Translations under genes and position numbers: made by a program
Shown here: piece by piece, positions 49,640 through 61,869 of the stretch
How the letters are laid out: every line of letters starts with the position of its first letter
Position numbering within the stretch: position 1 is the stretch's first letter
The notes under the pieces: generated by a model
Told to the model about the DNA's origin: nothing
Database searches by the model: none
Seen by the model: only the letters and a program-made list of their open reading frames with translations
Assembly: GCA_038496445.1 (NCBI GenBank)
Contig: JALMLS010000564.1
Coordinates: 310,001 to 374,000 of the forward strand
Reading direction: 5' to 3'
DNA from: Trichosphaerium sp. ATCC 40318
Taxonomy: Eukaryota > Protista > Tubulinea
Length of the DNA stretch: 64,000 bases

Positions 49640-50915
49640 ATGGCCGACGCTTCGCAAGATATAGAATGTACAACGTTTCAAGAAGGTTTGGAATGTTTTC
49701 ACAGACGTTCTTTCTTAAAATCGTACAGACTCTTTTTAAAATCAGCTAATCAAGGTAAGTAACTATAAGACATTATAAGAGTACTTCAAATAAACAATAA
49801 TCTATGCTGAAAAAAAAATAGGAAGAGTTGTAGCTAAAACAATGCTTGCATTCTCTTATGAACTTGGCCTTGGTACATCTAAATCAATACCCGACGCTAT
49901 GCAGTACGTTTTTAAGATTTTTTCGTTACACTTTGTGTAATAGACGCATTTTTGTAGTTGGTATAGAGAAGCAAGTGAAGGAGGTAATTCTGACGCTTTA
50001 AATAATCTAGCATTGCTTCATCAAGGTACATTTTTTTTGAACAAGATCACGTGAGTGTTTGACTATTTTTTAGATGAATTCCAGTTTCAAAAAGCAGAAG
50101 AGTGTCTATTAAAAGCAGTGCGTTCAGTTTTGTTTTTTCTACAATTTAAGAAATCTTGTTTAACTTTAAAACAAATAAGGCAGCTTCGAACAACTCTGTT
50201 GCGCAGTATAACTTGGGGAATATGTACGCGGAAGGAACAGGAGTAAAGCGTGATTATAGTACGATGGAGTGATACCTAGTCTTCTAATTCAAGATATAGT
50301 TAAAGCAATGAAATGGTATTCGAGAGCAGCTAGCGCTGGTAATATAAATGCAATTTTTAGAGTACGTTAAAACAAGAATTTTATCGTACTCACTGAGATC
50401 TTTTTTCCAGATGGGGTATTTAAATGAAATGGGATTGGGTACGACACGTGATGCAGTGGGTGCTGCAAAATGGTACTATATGGCAGCAAACAGAGTACGC
50501 AACACGTTCGTCTTTGACATCAGATATCTTGTTGACAAATGATCTGTAGGGATCAGTTATAGCTGAAGAATATTTAGCCCGATTGTATCATACAGACCCT
50601 TTAGCTGTTAAATTTTTTCATGATAAGGGATCGAGATTACGTCCTAGGCGTGTCAAAACTGATGAAGATGTTCAAGTTAGACCAAAACAAAAGTTAATTC
50701 ATACACACTTGAGAAGCAGTAGTGAAGGAAGGGATGTAAAGACATCCAAGTCAATGAGAGGTATTTTTACAATGCTTTTTTTGGTGAACAACTTACGTGT
50801 CGTAGCACTTCCGACAAGAAAAAAGTCTGCAAGGACACTCATGATGTCAAAATTTTCTACAGGTGCTAAAGTTGACAAGAAGTCGAGCCGACGGAAGTTG
50901 ATAATAACAACATAG
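49640..50915 (+). CDS. Sel1-like repeat protein, multi-exon
   Basis: 'AQYNLGNMYAEGTGVKRD..KAMKWYSRAASAGN..A', 'MGYLNEMGLGTTRDAVGAAKWYYMAA'. Confidence 0.9.
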
Positions 50916-51147
50916 AACAAATAAATTTTTTTTGGCTCAGTTATTAAAGAAAACCTTGTTAGCACTTGTTATTCTTATTTTTTTCTTATATTTAAGGTCA
51001 ACACTTTACTCAACATAAACCAGGTGAACAACGAGCATCTTTACTTCCAGAATCTCTTTTCACTACGTACTTTTATAACACGGTAGAACCAGAAACAAAT
51101 TTCTTTTCTCAACATTGCAGAGACAGGTGTGCTTTTTAATTTTTTAT

Positions 51148-52059
51148 TTACATATTTTTCTTTATGGTCTTTAAAAACCTTGATGGCGACTTGTGCGCCA
51201 TTTTAATGAAAGGGTGGTCTAAAAGTTCTTTTGCTTGTGTTCCGCGTACAGAACAGCATCGTACAAAATCGAGGAGTGTATCATCGGTAGTTAGCGAGAT
51301 CATTGTCTCACCGATTAACTTGTTGTTTATCCAAAGATCTTGTACGTTTTGTGGTGAGTCTACAAACCCTTTCGGTTTGTAGGTAATGCACCGTCGTATC
51401 ATTAGATCCATTACCATACGCCCAATGGAGAATGTATCGTCTGTAGGAGAGTACCCTTCGTGTTGAGCTCTCGGGTCTACAAAACCTGATGTACCTTCTA
51501 GTCCACATGCGAGTGTTTCTAGCTCTGGTACGCCAACAGCATGTCCAAAGTCGGCGAGTTTCGGTGTACCACAAGGCATAATCATGACATTCTCGGCTTT
51601 TATGTCGTGGTGAACGATACCTTTTTCTTGTAGTTCGCAAACCGCGTGTAGGACAGCTTTGGTGATGTATGCTGCCGAAGCCATTTTCAGCGGTTTGTTG
51701 GCTGTAAGAGAGGCTGCGTCGCATTTGGCAAGCGGTAGTATGACAGCAGGGCCGTTTGGACCTTTTTGTATAACTTCTACCGGCCTCATGATATTGTCGC
51801 AGGTCGTGAGGCGTTGTATCTTCGCTTCACGTACGAGGCTGTTGCGTTCCATCTTGTTTTCGGCTTTGGAGAGGCCAGTTCTATTCACTACCTTCATCGC
51901 GTAGGTTTCGCACGTCTCGGTGTCGATGCAAGTGTAGACAATACCGCAGCCGCCTTTACCGAGGAGAACATCTTCGTCGATAACGTACTTTGATTGCTGC
52001 TTGGTCTTCTTAAAGATGCTGCAGAAAGAGTTGAAGCCGTGTTTGAGGGAGGAAAACAT
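51148..52059 (-). CDS. Ser/Thr protein kinase, intronless
   Basis: LGKGGCG, AMK, HHDIKAEN and DFG are present. The activation segment is GTSGFVDP (APE replaced). Confidence 0.92.
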   Translation of the reverse strand: MFSSLKHGFNSFCSIFKKTKQQSKYVIDEDVLLGKGGCGIVYTCIDTETCETYAMKVVNRTGLSKAENKMERNSLVREAKIQRLTTCDNIMRPVEVIQKGPNGPAVILPLAKCDAASLTANKPLKMASAAYITKAVLHAVCELQEKGIVHHDIKAENVMIMPCGTPKLADFGHAVGVPELETLACGLEGTSGFVDPRAQHEGYSPTDDTFSIGRMVMDLMIRRCITYKPKGFVDSPQNVQDLWINNKLIGETMISLTTDDTLLDFVRCCSVRGTQAKELLDHPFIKMAHKSPSRFLKTIKKNM

Positions 52060-52649
52060 GATGATGTGCTTCGAGTATGGTGTATCTTTGGGATTTGTGC
52101 GTTTTACTCGTGTAGTTTCATAAAAAAGCTACACGAGTTTTCTTACTATCACGCTACAGATTCATTGGTGTTATAGAATGCACGAGGTTCAATGGGACGA
52201 GTAGAGAAGTTGAAAGACTTTACTTGCAAAAAGTACCCCGAAAACCTTGAGAAATCGTAACGTACAAAACCATTACAATTATACTTGTCTTGAGGTTCTA
52301 GTACGCTTTTCACGATATCACAGCTGATAAAAATACAGTCTACAAAATCAAGAAAAAGTACTGCATACTAAAAACGAATCAGACAAAGTTCTAAGACAGC
52401 TTCTACGCGTGGGAAGGTGCTTTCACAATGTTACAACTACTTTGAAAATACGCAGTTTTGCTTCTAAAATAAAAACCTTAACGCCACCGAGCTAAACTGG
52501 TGTCCAATATCATGAGTTTGCAGAGCCAAAAAGAAACTGGAGCCGAACAAATATTTTTTCGAGTCGAGATAAAAAGTTAATTAAAGAATTCTTGACCATG
52601 TCGAGAAACTCACAATTATCAACCTCAACAACACCAAAAACTCTTCCTC

Positions 52650-53030
52650 ATGTCTGCCGTTATCAAATCCATCAGAAGCTTCGCCAGACGCTCATACAAC
52701 AGAGTGATTAAATCGACAACAAAGAAGTCTACGATCAAGCTTGCAACTACCAAACCCTTCGGCAAGATGACTGGTGGCGTTGGCATTACTTTTCATGCTC
52801 GAGATAAGAAAACTGGTGATAAGCTTGGTCTTGGTGTGCTCGACGCGTCCGCAGACAATTGCGACTGTAGTCAGTATTTTGTAGAGGTGGAAACTTGTCT
52901 TTTTGACTTTTTAGATAGCCGAATCAAAACCCTACAAAACCGACAAACCCGCCATACGCGACTAGCAACGCAACACAACTAACATTCGACTTCGGCAAAG
53001 ATTACAAAACCACTCAAACAACAAACCTGT
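52650..53030 (+). pseudogene. Truncated/degenerate kinase-like remnant
   Basis: The ORF has 'FGKMTGGVGITFHARDKKTGDKLGL.VL' (resembling subdomains I-II). An out-of-frame 'LTFDFGK' follows at ~52978-53000. Confidence 0.35.
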
Positions 53031-53413
53031 AAAAACAAACTGCCAACTTGAAACTGTTAAATCTACACTTAGAAGCACTCAAATCACTACAATTTTAAAA
53101 GCTTAGCGTCGAAATAGCTGTTATGGCGCTTTGATCGTATTGGTGATGTTCTTGATTCAAAAACGTGATCGCGCTGAACCGGTAAACAGGCGTTTACTTC
53201 TTACAAACGCACTCTGGAATTGAAACTTAAAATGTAATAATAGTAATAATGTAACACTTTTAAACAATGTACCTACGTTTTGTCTTGCTATGTAACATTT
53301 ATATCACTCAATTTATGTCATCCACGTAGAGTTTTTGGCTCAAATGAAACGAGGACTTATCTAATGGTTTCGTTTATTTTTTTATCCTCTTAGGTTTTTG
53401 TTTAGTTTTTCTT

Positions 53414-55049
53414 TCAAATATTTATACAGGCCTGAGGTTCTTTTGCTATTTCTTCAGACTCATCTTTTGTTTCGGGTGTAGGCGTAGGTGGTGGTGTATC
53501 AGGTCTTACATAGTCCCATCTCCAAATCTTTTCGTCACTTGCAAATATGACGTTATGTCCGTGCCTTGCAATGACTACACTTAATATTGCATGTCTTGAT
53601 CTCTTATGCTCCAATATGTTTATGATTTCTCCAGTTGATAGATCAATGATATATACTTTACCTTGCATATTTCCAGCACATAGAAATTGTCCACATTCTG
53701 AAATATCAAAACTTGAACTAAACCGAAATAAGAAAAAATTATGAATAAAAGAGCAAAAAACCTTCCGAACTAAGAACGCACCGTGTTTGATTATTACATC
53801 CCATTATTTTTACAGTACGCGTAGGTGATTGTGTAAGAGGTGAAATGAGAGCATTTTTAAAGTCCCAAGACACAATGTTTCCATCAACAGACTTTGTAAC
53901 AACACTACTGTCATTGATAAAATATATACAATCAATATCCAGTTTATGAAATAACGGCATTGTTAGTTCCTCATTTGGTGAACTAACAGAAACATCCATA
54001 CTATCTACATCTCCGCCAGGAGCCTTTCAAAAAAAAATAAGAAAAAAACTGGAATGTCAGACGAACCTTTCTTTTCTTTGAAAAATGTTGTATTGGGAAT
54101 GCAATTAACTTCCCGCCCTTTCCACCAGCCAACAAATGTGTTCCCGAAGGACAGAATGCCTATGGTATTAATTAATAATCAAAATAAAATGCAAAAAATG
54201 ATACCATAGAAAGTGTTCGTTGGTTTATAATCCGTATTGTTGATTTTGATTTTAAATCCCAGATTCTTATTGTCTTGTCTCTTGATGCTGACGCTAAAAT
54301 ATTAGGTCTATACGGTGTACTTGCCAATGCCACTATAGGTTCCGTATGACCTATTGCATTGGTTGTTAGGACAAAAACAAAGAAAGAAAAATCCAGAAAT
54401 CAGAAAAAAACAAACAGGAACTGACCTTGCAGCACGTGAAGAACCTTGTATCGTAAGACTGAGATAATATGTATCAAGCGATCGTTTCCTCCTATTAATA
54501 AACAATCAGTTACAAACGAAGGTTACTATTTTGAGCTAGAAACAAGGGGCTTTAAAAACTCGTAAAAATTTAGTTTTCTTGATTGTATGACCTGCTGCAA
54601 TCCAAGAATCTTCAACATCTTCTGGAGATAATAACCAGCACATGCATCGTAGTATTCTTTTTGGGTTTGATAGGTTGGTAGGGTCAATCTGCGTAGGGTA
54701 TTAATTCATCGATTGTAGTTGGCTTATTACCTCACCAGTGATGCCTGGTAGCCCAGGAGTATCCCTATTCACGAAATTCATCACCACGTCAAGATGGCAC
54801 CCAAAATTTTCGTTATCATATACACTAAGCTTTGAATTGCGCGTTAGGGTTGTTGTTTGGTATTTTTGCGTTAATACGCACTTGTGTTCCACCAACTGAT
54901 GCCAGTATGTTATTATTGCTTTTTCTTGTTAAATTGAATGCCAATTGCTGTATCTTATCGCCGTGGCTCTCTTTTATGATTTTACGTAATACCAAATTCT
55001 GTAACGCAATTTCTGTGGTGACTTGCTCATCACCGCTGGAGCTTTCCAT
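53414..55049 (-). CDS. WD40-repeat protein, LRWD1/ORCA- or EED-like, multi-exon
   Basis: 'KESHG..IQQLAFN....NILASVGG', 'LASASRDKTIRIWDL', 'IDCIYF', 'CAGNMQGKVYIIDL', 'DEKIWRWD'. Confidence 0.75.
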
Positions 55050-55067
55050 TCTACAATGTAACACTTA

Positions 55068-55077
55068 TTGGCGGGAG
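55068..55077. promoter_or_regulatory. E2F-like site in the bidirectional WD40/ORC4 promoter
   Basis: TTGGCGGGA lies within the ~62 bp between the two divergent start codons. Confidence 0.45.
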
Positions 55078-55111
55078 AAACGCTTTGACGAATGTTTTTC
55101 ACTATTCAAAT

Positions 55112-56959
55112 ATGTCAACTACACTTCCGCCAGCTGTTATCGCCACGACATGGATACGACGTAAACTAACGCGCCCACCTTTTCCAGGTTTTCAAATACC
55201 AACATCACACATTGAAGCTCAAAAAACGTTACGGTGCGTCTCCTAACGCCTAACAATTATTGAAAACGCACGTAGAACAACAATTGTAGATGGCGGCATA
55301 ATAAATGTAATTGGCGGCTCTGGTGTCGGTGCGACGCCTAAAATTACCCAATAACACTCATTGGACTAGGAAAACATACATTACTTAAAGCTACAGTCGC
55401 AGAAATAAACAGAACAAGTGATATAAATGTAAAGTACGTTTACTCCACTCCCACAACATCAGTTACTCGAGAGAAAGTATTGAATGGATAATGTACCAAC
55501 ACTAAACTTAGAACCATTGTCATTTCTGGATTGTTGAATTCAAAAACCGCTATTCTTTCCACCTCGCGCGAAATTGAAGTCTGGGCAGCACTTCAACTTG
55601 GCATAGCTGTGGACATATCCAAACCAGTGCGTTTAGAAACAAGAACAATCCATGGATGAAACAAGAGAAAACGAGTGCTGATTTTTTTCTTTTTTAGCAT
55701 GATGGTGTTATTCAAGGTTATCTCAAAGACAATCCCAAAACAAATATACTATTTATTGTTGATCATTTTCATATGTTCACAACAAAACGTCAATCAATTA
55801 TTTATAGTTTATTGGAACTAGCAAGCTCAGAGGTAAGTAAAAAAGTAAAGACTAATAAGTTCTAATTTAATAAAAGGCTGGCAGATTTTCTGTTGTTTGC
55901 GTTACAAGACACTTGGTACAATCACAACTCTTCTCAATACTAATGCGTTATTTTAACAACTATATTAGGATGCTTTAGACGCACTAGAAAAGAGAGTTCG
56001 TTCTCGATTCAAGCAACAACAGGTTAGACAAAAAAATTTCTTACGACAAGTTCTTGCTAACTGAATCTTCAGCTTGTAGTCCTTCCGTTGATAGAAAATT
56101 GTCAAAGAGCAACTGAATTTCTTTACTCTGCTTTTTGTCTACCAGATAATTTCCCAGATCCTGCATTCCGTAAGGGGTTTAATAAGCATATAACTACACT
56201 ACTATCTGTTAAAGAATGTCAACAACTTATACAACAAGAAGTGGATTGCTTCAAAAACGCACACAGACTCATCCAACTTGTTGTACGTCCTGCCTTGGTT
56301 TACACCAACACTGCATTGTTATAAACTCTTACATTCTATTCAGCATATAGCAAGCTCTCAGTTGAGTGAGAATCATCCTGGACCAACACTTGTTGATATG
56401 AAATTTGGTTTTAATTTACTAAATCCCAAACCAAATGTCAACTTGCTATCTGGTAGGCATTTCAAAAAAATCATGTTTTTTTATTAACCTTACTTCAACC
56501 TAAAGGATTAACGATGCTTGAACTCTTTTTGATAACAACTATGCTTAAGATGCAAGAGAAAGTACGTAGTCATAGATTCTAAATATTGCATGCTTTAACT
56601 AATTGCTCACATAGGATATTCATGCTCCAAGTTTTGAAGCTGTTTTTCAAGAATATCGAGATTTCATTTTAAAGCGTCAGTCTCAGGTAAAGGTCCCTAT
56701 GCATGCCATGTCGTTTATATATTCTATTTAGAGTGGTACTATGGGTATATATTTGTATGAGAAGCCACTTTGCCTTAAGGCATTTGAACAACTTGAGAGT
56801 CTATCTTTGATTGGATCCAAATCAAAAGCTGATCAAGAAAAACGGTTCAAGCCAATGCAACTTCATGTTTTACGTAGTGAGATTCTTGAAGCGATGGCTT
56901 CACCAGATGCAGATTGTCCAAGCGTATTATTAGAATGGGCAAGTCGCTGGGTTGATTAA
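55112..56959 (+). CDS. ORC4: Origin recognition complex subunit 4, multi-exon
   Basis: Walker A 'IGGSGV|GKH', 'KRQSIIYSLLE', 'LEKRVRSRF', and a winged-helix region 'LCLKAFEQLESLSLI...CPSVLLEWA'. Confidence 0.88.
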
Positions 56960-57111
56960 AAGAGACATACAAGAAAGAAATGGGAGAAAAATATTTGGGT
57001 TTTTTATTTTTTTGTTGGTTTCGTTTAAGTTTTTTCTCTCATTGGTCGTGTACATTAAATAAAAGCCAGTGAGTCTCCATGTAATCACTGTTTTGTCTTT
57101 TCCTCATCTTG

Positions 57112-58675
57112 CTAGTCACTAATTACATCATCGCTGTCATCTGTATCTCGTAAATCTTCTTTAAGTTCTTCTAATTCATCAAATTCTTCGCTACCTGAAA
57201 GAACTTCTATTGTAATACCAACATCCTCTACTTTATTTTTATCGCCTTCTAACGATTTGTCTTCCTCTGCCTCAGTAGTAGCCGTATCGGCTGTTTCCGT
57301 TGTTTGTGAGGGAGTAGCAGTGCTTACACTGCCTGTTGGAGTCCTACGAACAGGTGTTTTGCTACTTTCCATTAGAAGTCGTCAAGAGCAGCTAATCCGT
57401 ACCCAAATGTTCTAGGACTTGCACTAGGACTGGAATCATATGATGCAGGTGTTTTACTAAAGTCACCAAACTTACTACGCCACCATCCACTGAAAAAGTT
57501 GGAGTAAGAAAAAAAATTGTTACATTTTTTCAAATGCTTTTTTGAAGTTCCTTGCGTCGTACCTTGTGTCACGATGTAATTGTTGTCCAGTGCTTAGTAG
57601 ATTCTTTATAGCACCTGCTAGTTGTTGCATAGAATGAGAAAATTTTTTATCAATCTCATTGTCAGGTTCGCCTAAAAAGGAAACGAAAGTTAATGATTGC
57701 AGAAAAACTCGAGGCAGTTTCGATGGACTTAATTTTTGCTTTTAACGTACCAAAACAAACCATCTTGGCGTAACGAACAAACAAAATAGCGTTATCTGTC
57801 ACATTCAAAGCAAGCCTTAATAACTCACTTTGGAGTCTACTTAGGCTTACTTGACCTATTTTAATACGATACAGCTGTAGTGCTGTGTCTTTAACGAACT
57901 TTACAAGTTCTACGATTTTTTTCGCCTTAGCGGCAAAGTCCTCGCCGCTAGGCTCCTTTACTGTAAGGGATCGCATTTTGAGAGCATTTGCAACAAGGAA
58001 TTTCGCATTTGTACGCAATGTTAAGAAGTATTGCTCAACAAGCTCGTATACCTAGTATAAACATGAGAAGTAAATTCTGGTTGTGTCATATTGCGTTTGT
58101 TTCGGACTTGCCTCATCGGGTTGCCTGTACTGACCAAATACTGAAATAGTGTGCCTACCTGGAATGTCCGACGGCTTAATTGGCGCTGTTTGCGATCGTT
58201 TGTGCCTTCGATAGCAAAAGTTAGCAATAAGCTATATCAGGTGTTTAACTGGGTATTTCATGGCGTACAAGCGTCTTATATCTGGGTACGCGTGTGTTTC
58301 ACGTATGCGCACAGAGCCACCAAATTGTGCTGCCATGCTCGGTTTAACATGAACACGAGGGCTACCAGTCGCCAGCGACAAGCGCCCAACTGGTGAATCG
58401 GGTGAAGGATAACGTTTGTAGTTTCCACCACGTAAATTTAAACCTATATTATTTGGTTACAAAGATACGTACTGCGGTTGTAAGTACTACGTACCATATT
58501 TCTTTGCTTTGCGGTTTTTTTTGTCTCTACTGCTTCCAGACCTAGAAGAACGTGGTGATCCTCTAGGAGATGAACGTCGCGGCGATGATTTGTCACTTGA
58601 GGATTTGTCTTTAGGTTTCTTTTTTTTACGCCAGCTAAAGGCGAACACCGTCTTCTTTTTATCCTTAGAGGACAT
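57112..58675 (-). CDS. Hypothetical protein (basic/Ser-rich N-terminus, helical core, acidic tail), multi-exon
   Basis: Consistently spliceable exons. No family recognised. Confidence 0.6.
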
Positions 58676-58764
58676 ACCACAACTAAAAAAGCAATATAAA
58701 ACAATTTAAATAAGCCAAACGTCTAAGTAACAGTGTGACCTACCTGATTAGAAAAACGGCGCTG

Positions 58765-61700
58765 ATGGCAACAACGGCGAACAAGCGATTGCCTGTGACT
58801 GTTTTGTCTGGTTTTCTTGGTTCTGGTAAAGTAAGCTTTTCAAAGATGACACCTTCGCGGTTTCTGTGCTTAAGAACCATTAGACAACACTGTTAAAACA
58901 TGTTTTACAAAATAGAGAAGGTTTGCGAGTTGCAGTCATTGTAAATGACATGAGTGAATGTAAGTGAAGTTATTCTACGCTTCTCACGTAGTGTAGTGAA
59001 CATTGACGCGAAATTTGTGACTGGTGGAGAATTCAGCCTCTCGACGGTACTACACGGTAACGCGTTAACAATAAGCTCATTGTACGCAAAGGTTGAAGAG
59101 AAGTTGGTACCAATGCAGAATGGGTGTATATGTTGCACTCTACGTGAAGATCTACTAGAAGAGATAACGAAACTAGCCAAACTAAACAAATTTGATTACC
59201 TCTTGATCGAATCGACAGGTACCAGTCCAATATAACACTGAACCGCTACAATAGATGTGCTGACGCGTAGGCTAGGCATATCAGAGCCGCTACCCGTTGC
59301 AGAGTCGTTTACATTTGACATTCCACTTCAAAATGACAAGGGAGAAGCTGTAACGCACAGCTTATCTGAGATTGCGAAACTGGATTCAATGGTAACTGTA
59401 GTCGATGCTGCAAGGTTCTTTGAGCACTTGAACACCATTTCTAGTATTCAGAATCATTTTGGAGAATCGAATGGTGTTGAAGATAAAAGGTCTGTTGTAC
59501 ATTTATTAATGGATCAAGTCGAGTTTGCAACACATATCATTATAAATAAACTTGACCTTGTCACTGATGAACAAGTAAAAGAAATAGAGGTAGCTACTGG
59601 CTAATAGTACAAAAGTTAACTGTTACCCTTAGGCCACGTGTCATCGATTAAATCCAAGTGCCAAAATTATCAAAACAGAATTTTCAAATGTGTCTCCTTC
59701 CATTATTCTGAATACAGGTAGCATGCCTCTCCTTACTGTTCTCTTAAATTTGACAGTCGTTTTAAGATGCGTTTGATTTTAATAAAGCCAAAAGCCACTC
59801 TGGCTGGCTAAAAGAGGCACGAGGTGAACATGTTCCAGAGACCGAGGTAAAACAAATTTGCGTTTATCAATTATTGACTGACTGTATTTTAGGAATATGG
59901 TATTTCTTCATTTGTTTACAAAAGAACGCGACCATTCCATCCTCAAAGACTTTTGGTTAGTTTCATAACTTGAACAAACATATTTGAATATTTCTAAGAC
60001 AACGTTTAGAGCATCATAGAGCAAGGAATACCAAATGTTATTCGCTCGAAAGGAACAATTTGGTTAGCATCAGGTATTTCCTGTTTTTTTCTTACTTCTT
60101 GTAACCAACATTTCTTTAGAAGAAACTGCACGTATAGATTGGAATGGTGCTGGAAGTATGCTGAAAAACATTCAAATACATACTTAATCGTCGTAGAACT
60201 CATAGACATAACAATTAACCCAGCTTTCGCTCAAAACATCGAAAATAATCCATACAGTGAAGTACGACTTTACTTTACACCTATCTCCTAACGCTAACAA
60301 TATCAAAGCTAGTAATAATCGGAGCTAAAATGGATAAGACTAAGGTTGAAGCTATTATAGATGCTTGCTTGGTCGCACCTGAAGAGAACGAGCAAGGATT
60401 TGATTTGTGGAAAACATTTGACAATCCGCTTGAACAATACTATCAGGTATCTTTTGTTGATCTCTTGATTGCCTTATTAATTGAACTTTGTTTAAAGGAC
60501 TCAGAACTCTCTCGCCAAGACATACAATCATTCAGGACTGCAGCTATTGATTCATGGTTGCCTCAGTTTAAACATTTGACTTTTAAGACAAAGCAAGTTA
60601 CTTTACCAAATAGTTTTGTTGAATACCTCGGACAAGATGGCATAGTGCTTCAAGATGATGATAACGTAGATTTAAAGACAAAAAAAGGCACTGAGATAGC
60701 AATAACTCAACCAGTTTGCTTACATTGGCACTAGACAAGTGGCAAGATGCTTTAAATGCATCTGATGATGATGAAGACTGGGAGAAGGCTAAAGATTCTG
60801 TGCGTAGTTGGTCTATTCTACGCGATAATTAACGTGCGCTAGGAACAAATTGCTGAGACTCCACAATTCCCAGCGTTGCAGCAAGAGGTTAACAACGTTA
60901 TTCAGGAGCTTGGTGGCAAAGTCTTTCCAAAGCTTACTTGGAGTTCACCAAAAGTGAGTTTAATTTACGCCGTAACACTTCTAAACAGTACTCTAGGATA
61001 CTATATGGATGAGAGGTAGTCTTGAATGCAAGAACTTTACAGCAATATTGCTTCTACTGAAATCGTCTGATAACATTGCAAAGGATTTTGACTGGTAGCC
61101 ATTACTTGTAGTTATTTACAAGTCTTAAGTTTTTAATAGGATTGAAGAGGTTTACAAATCGGAAGAAAAGAAATATATACTCCATTTGCGACAATACTAC
61201 AAGATAAACACCTCCATGGAGTTTAGATGCTTTGTGGTTAATAACGTCCTAAAAGGTAATCACATGTATAACGTTGGTATGCTTAAACACACATTAGGCG
61301 TATGCCAACGTCATATTACATCACAGTTCGGATTTCTTGAGAAAATGAAAGAGCGAGTAGTCATACTTGCACAAAACTACTTTGACAAGGAAATCAGCGG
61401 AAAATACAAAGATTCTTCCTGTATCCACCTGCAAGCACAAACTTTTTTTCCTTTCTTTAGTCAACAAGGCCATTCACTCGACTTGCCTTTTTTTATGTTT
61501 GCCTTAATTCGAGTTAAGTTATTTTCGATATTTATATTGAGAATGGCGATAGAGTTATCTTGGTTGATTTTTCTCCTTTCCACAAACTAGTAGATACATT
61601 ATTATTCAGTCATGATGAACTATTTAAAAGCCACGGTTCATCGTCATCAAAACAGTGTGAAATACGGTTAACAACTGATGAACGCATAGGATTGAATGTA

Positions 61701-61869
61701 GCGAGAATGGGTACTTCTTTTTTCTGTTTCACTTGGGCGTCGTTAACGATGTTTCAAAAAAGTTTACTTATTGTCTGTTGAAGGTGTACCACATGACTTG
61801 TTAGATATGTCAAGTGGATCTGCTATTGAAGAATTTGTAGAAAAGGCCAAGGCTGGTTTTTTTGATTGA
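58765..61869 (+). CDS. Fusion protein: COG0523/CobW-family zinc metallochaperone GTPase + Cdc123 (D123) ATP-grasp domain, multi-exon
   Basis: N-half: 'LPVTVLSGFLGSGK|TT', 'AVIVNDMSE', 'NGCICCTLREDL', 'IESTG|ISEP', 'NKLD', 'RPFHPQRL', 'RSKG.IWLA'. C-half: 'SWLPQF...TFKT..V.LP..FVEYL..DG', 'LGGKVFPKLTWSSPKD', 'LLLKSSD', 'MEFRCFV', 'VCQR', 'LVDFSPF'. Confidence 0.88.

Noticed and set aside
54843-54851. GTTAGGGTT telomere-like 9-mer
   Set aside because: It lies inside a ~50-nt intron of the WD40 gene, so it is a chance match.
58765-60440. Linking the CobW-family domain to cobS as a B12 pathway
   Set aside because: The sequence resembles the zinc-chaperone (YciC/ZigA-like) branch of COG0523 and lies 41 kb away. 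The shared 'cob' name is not evidence.
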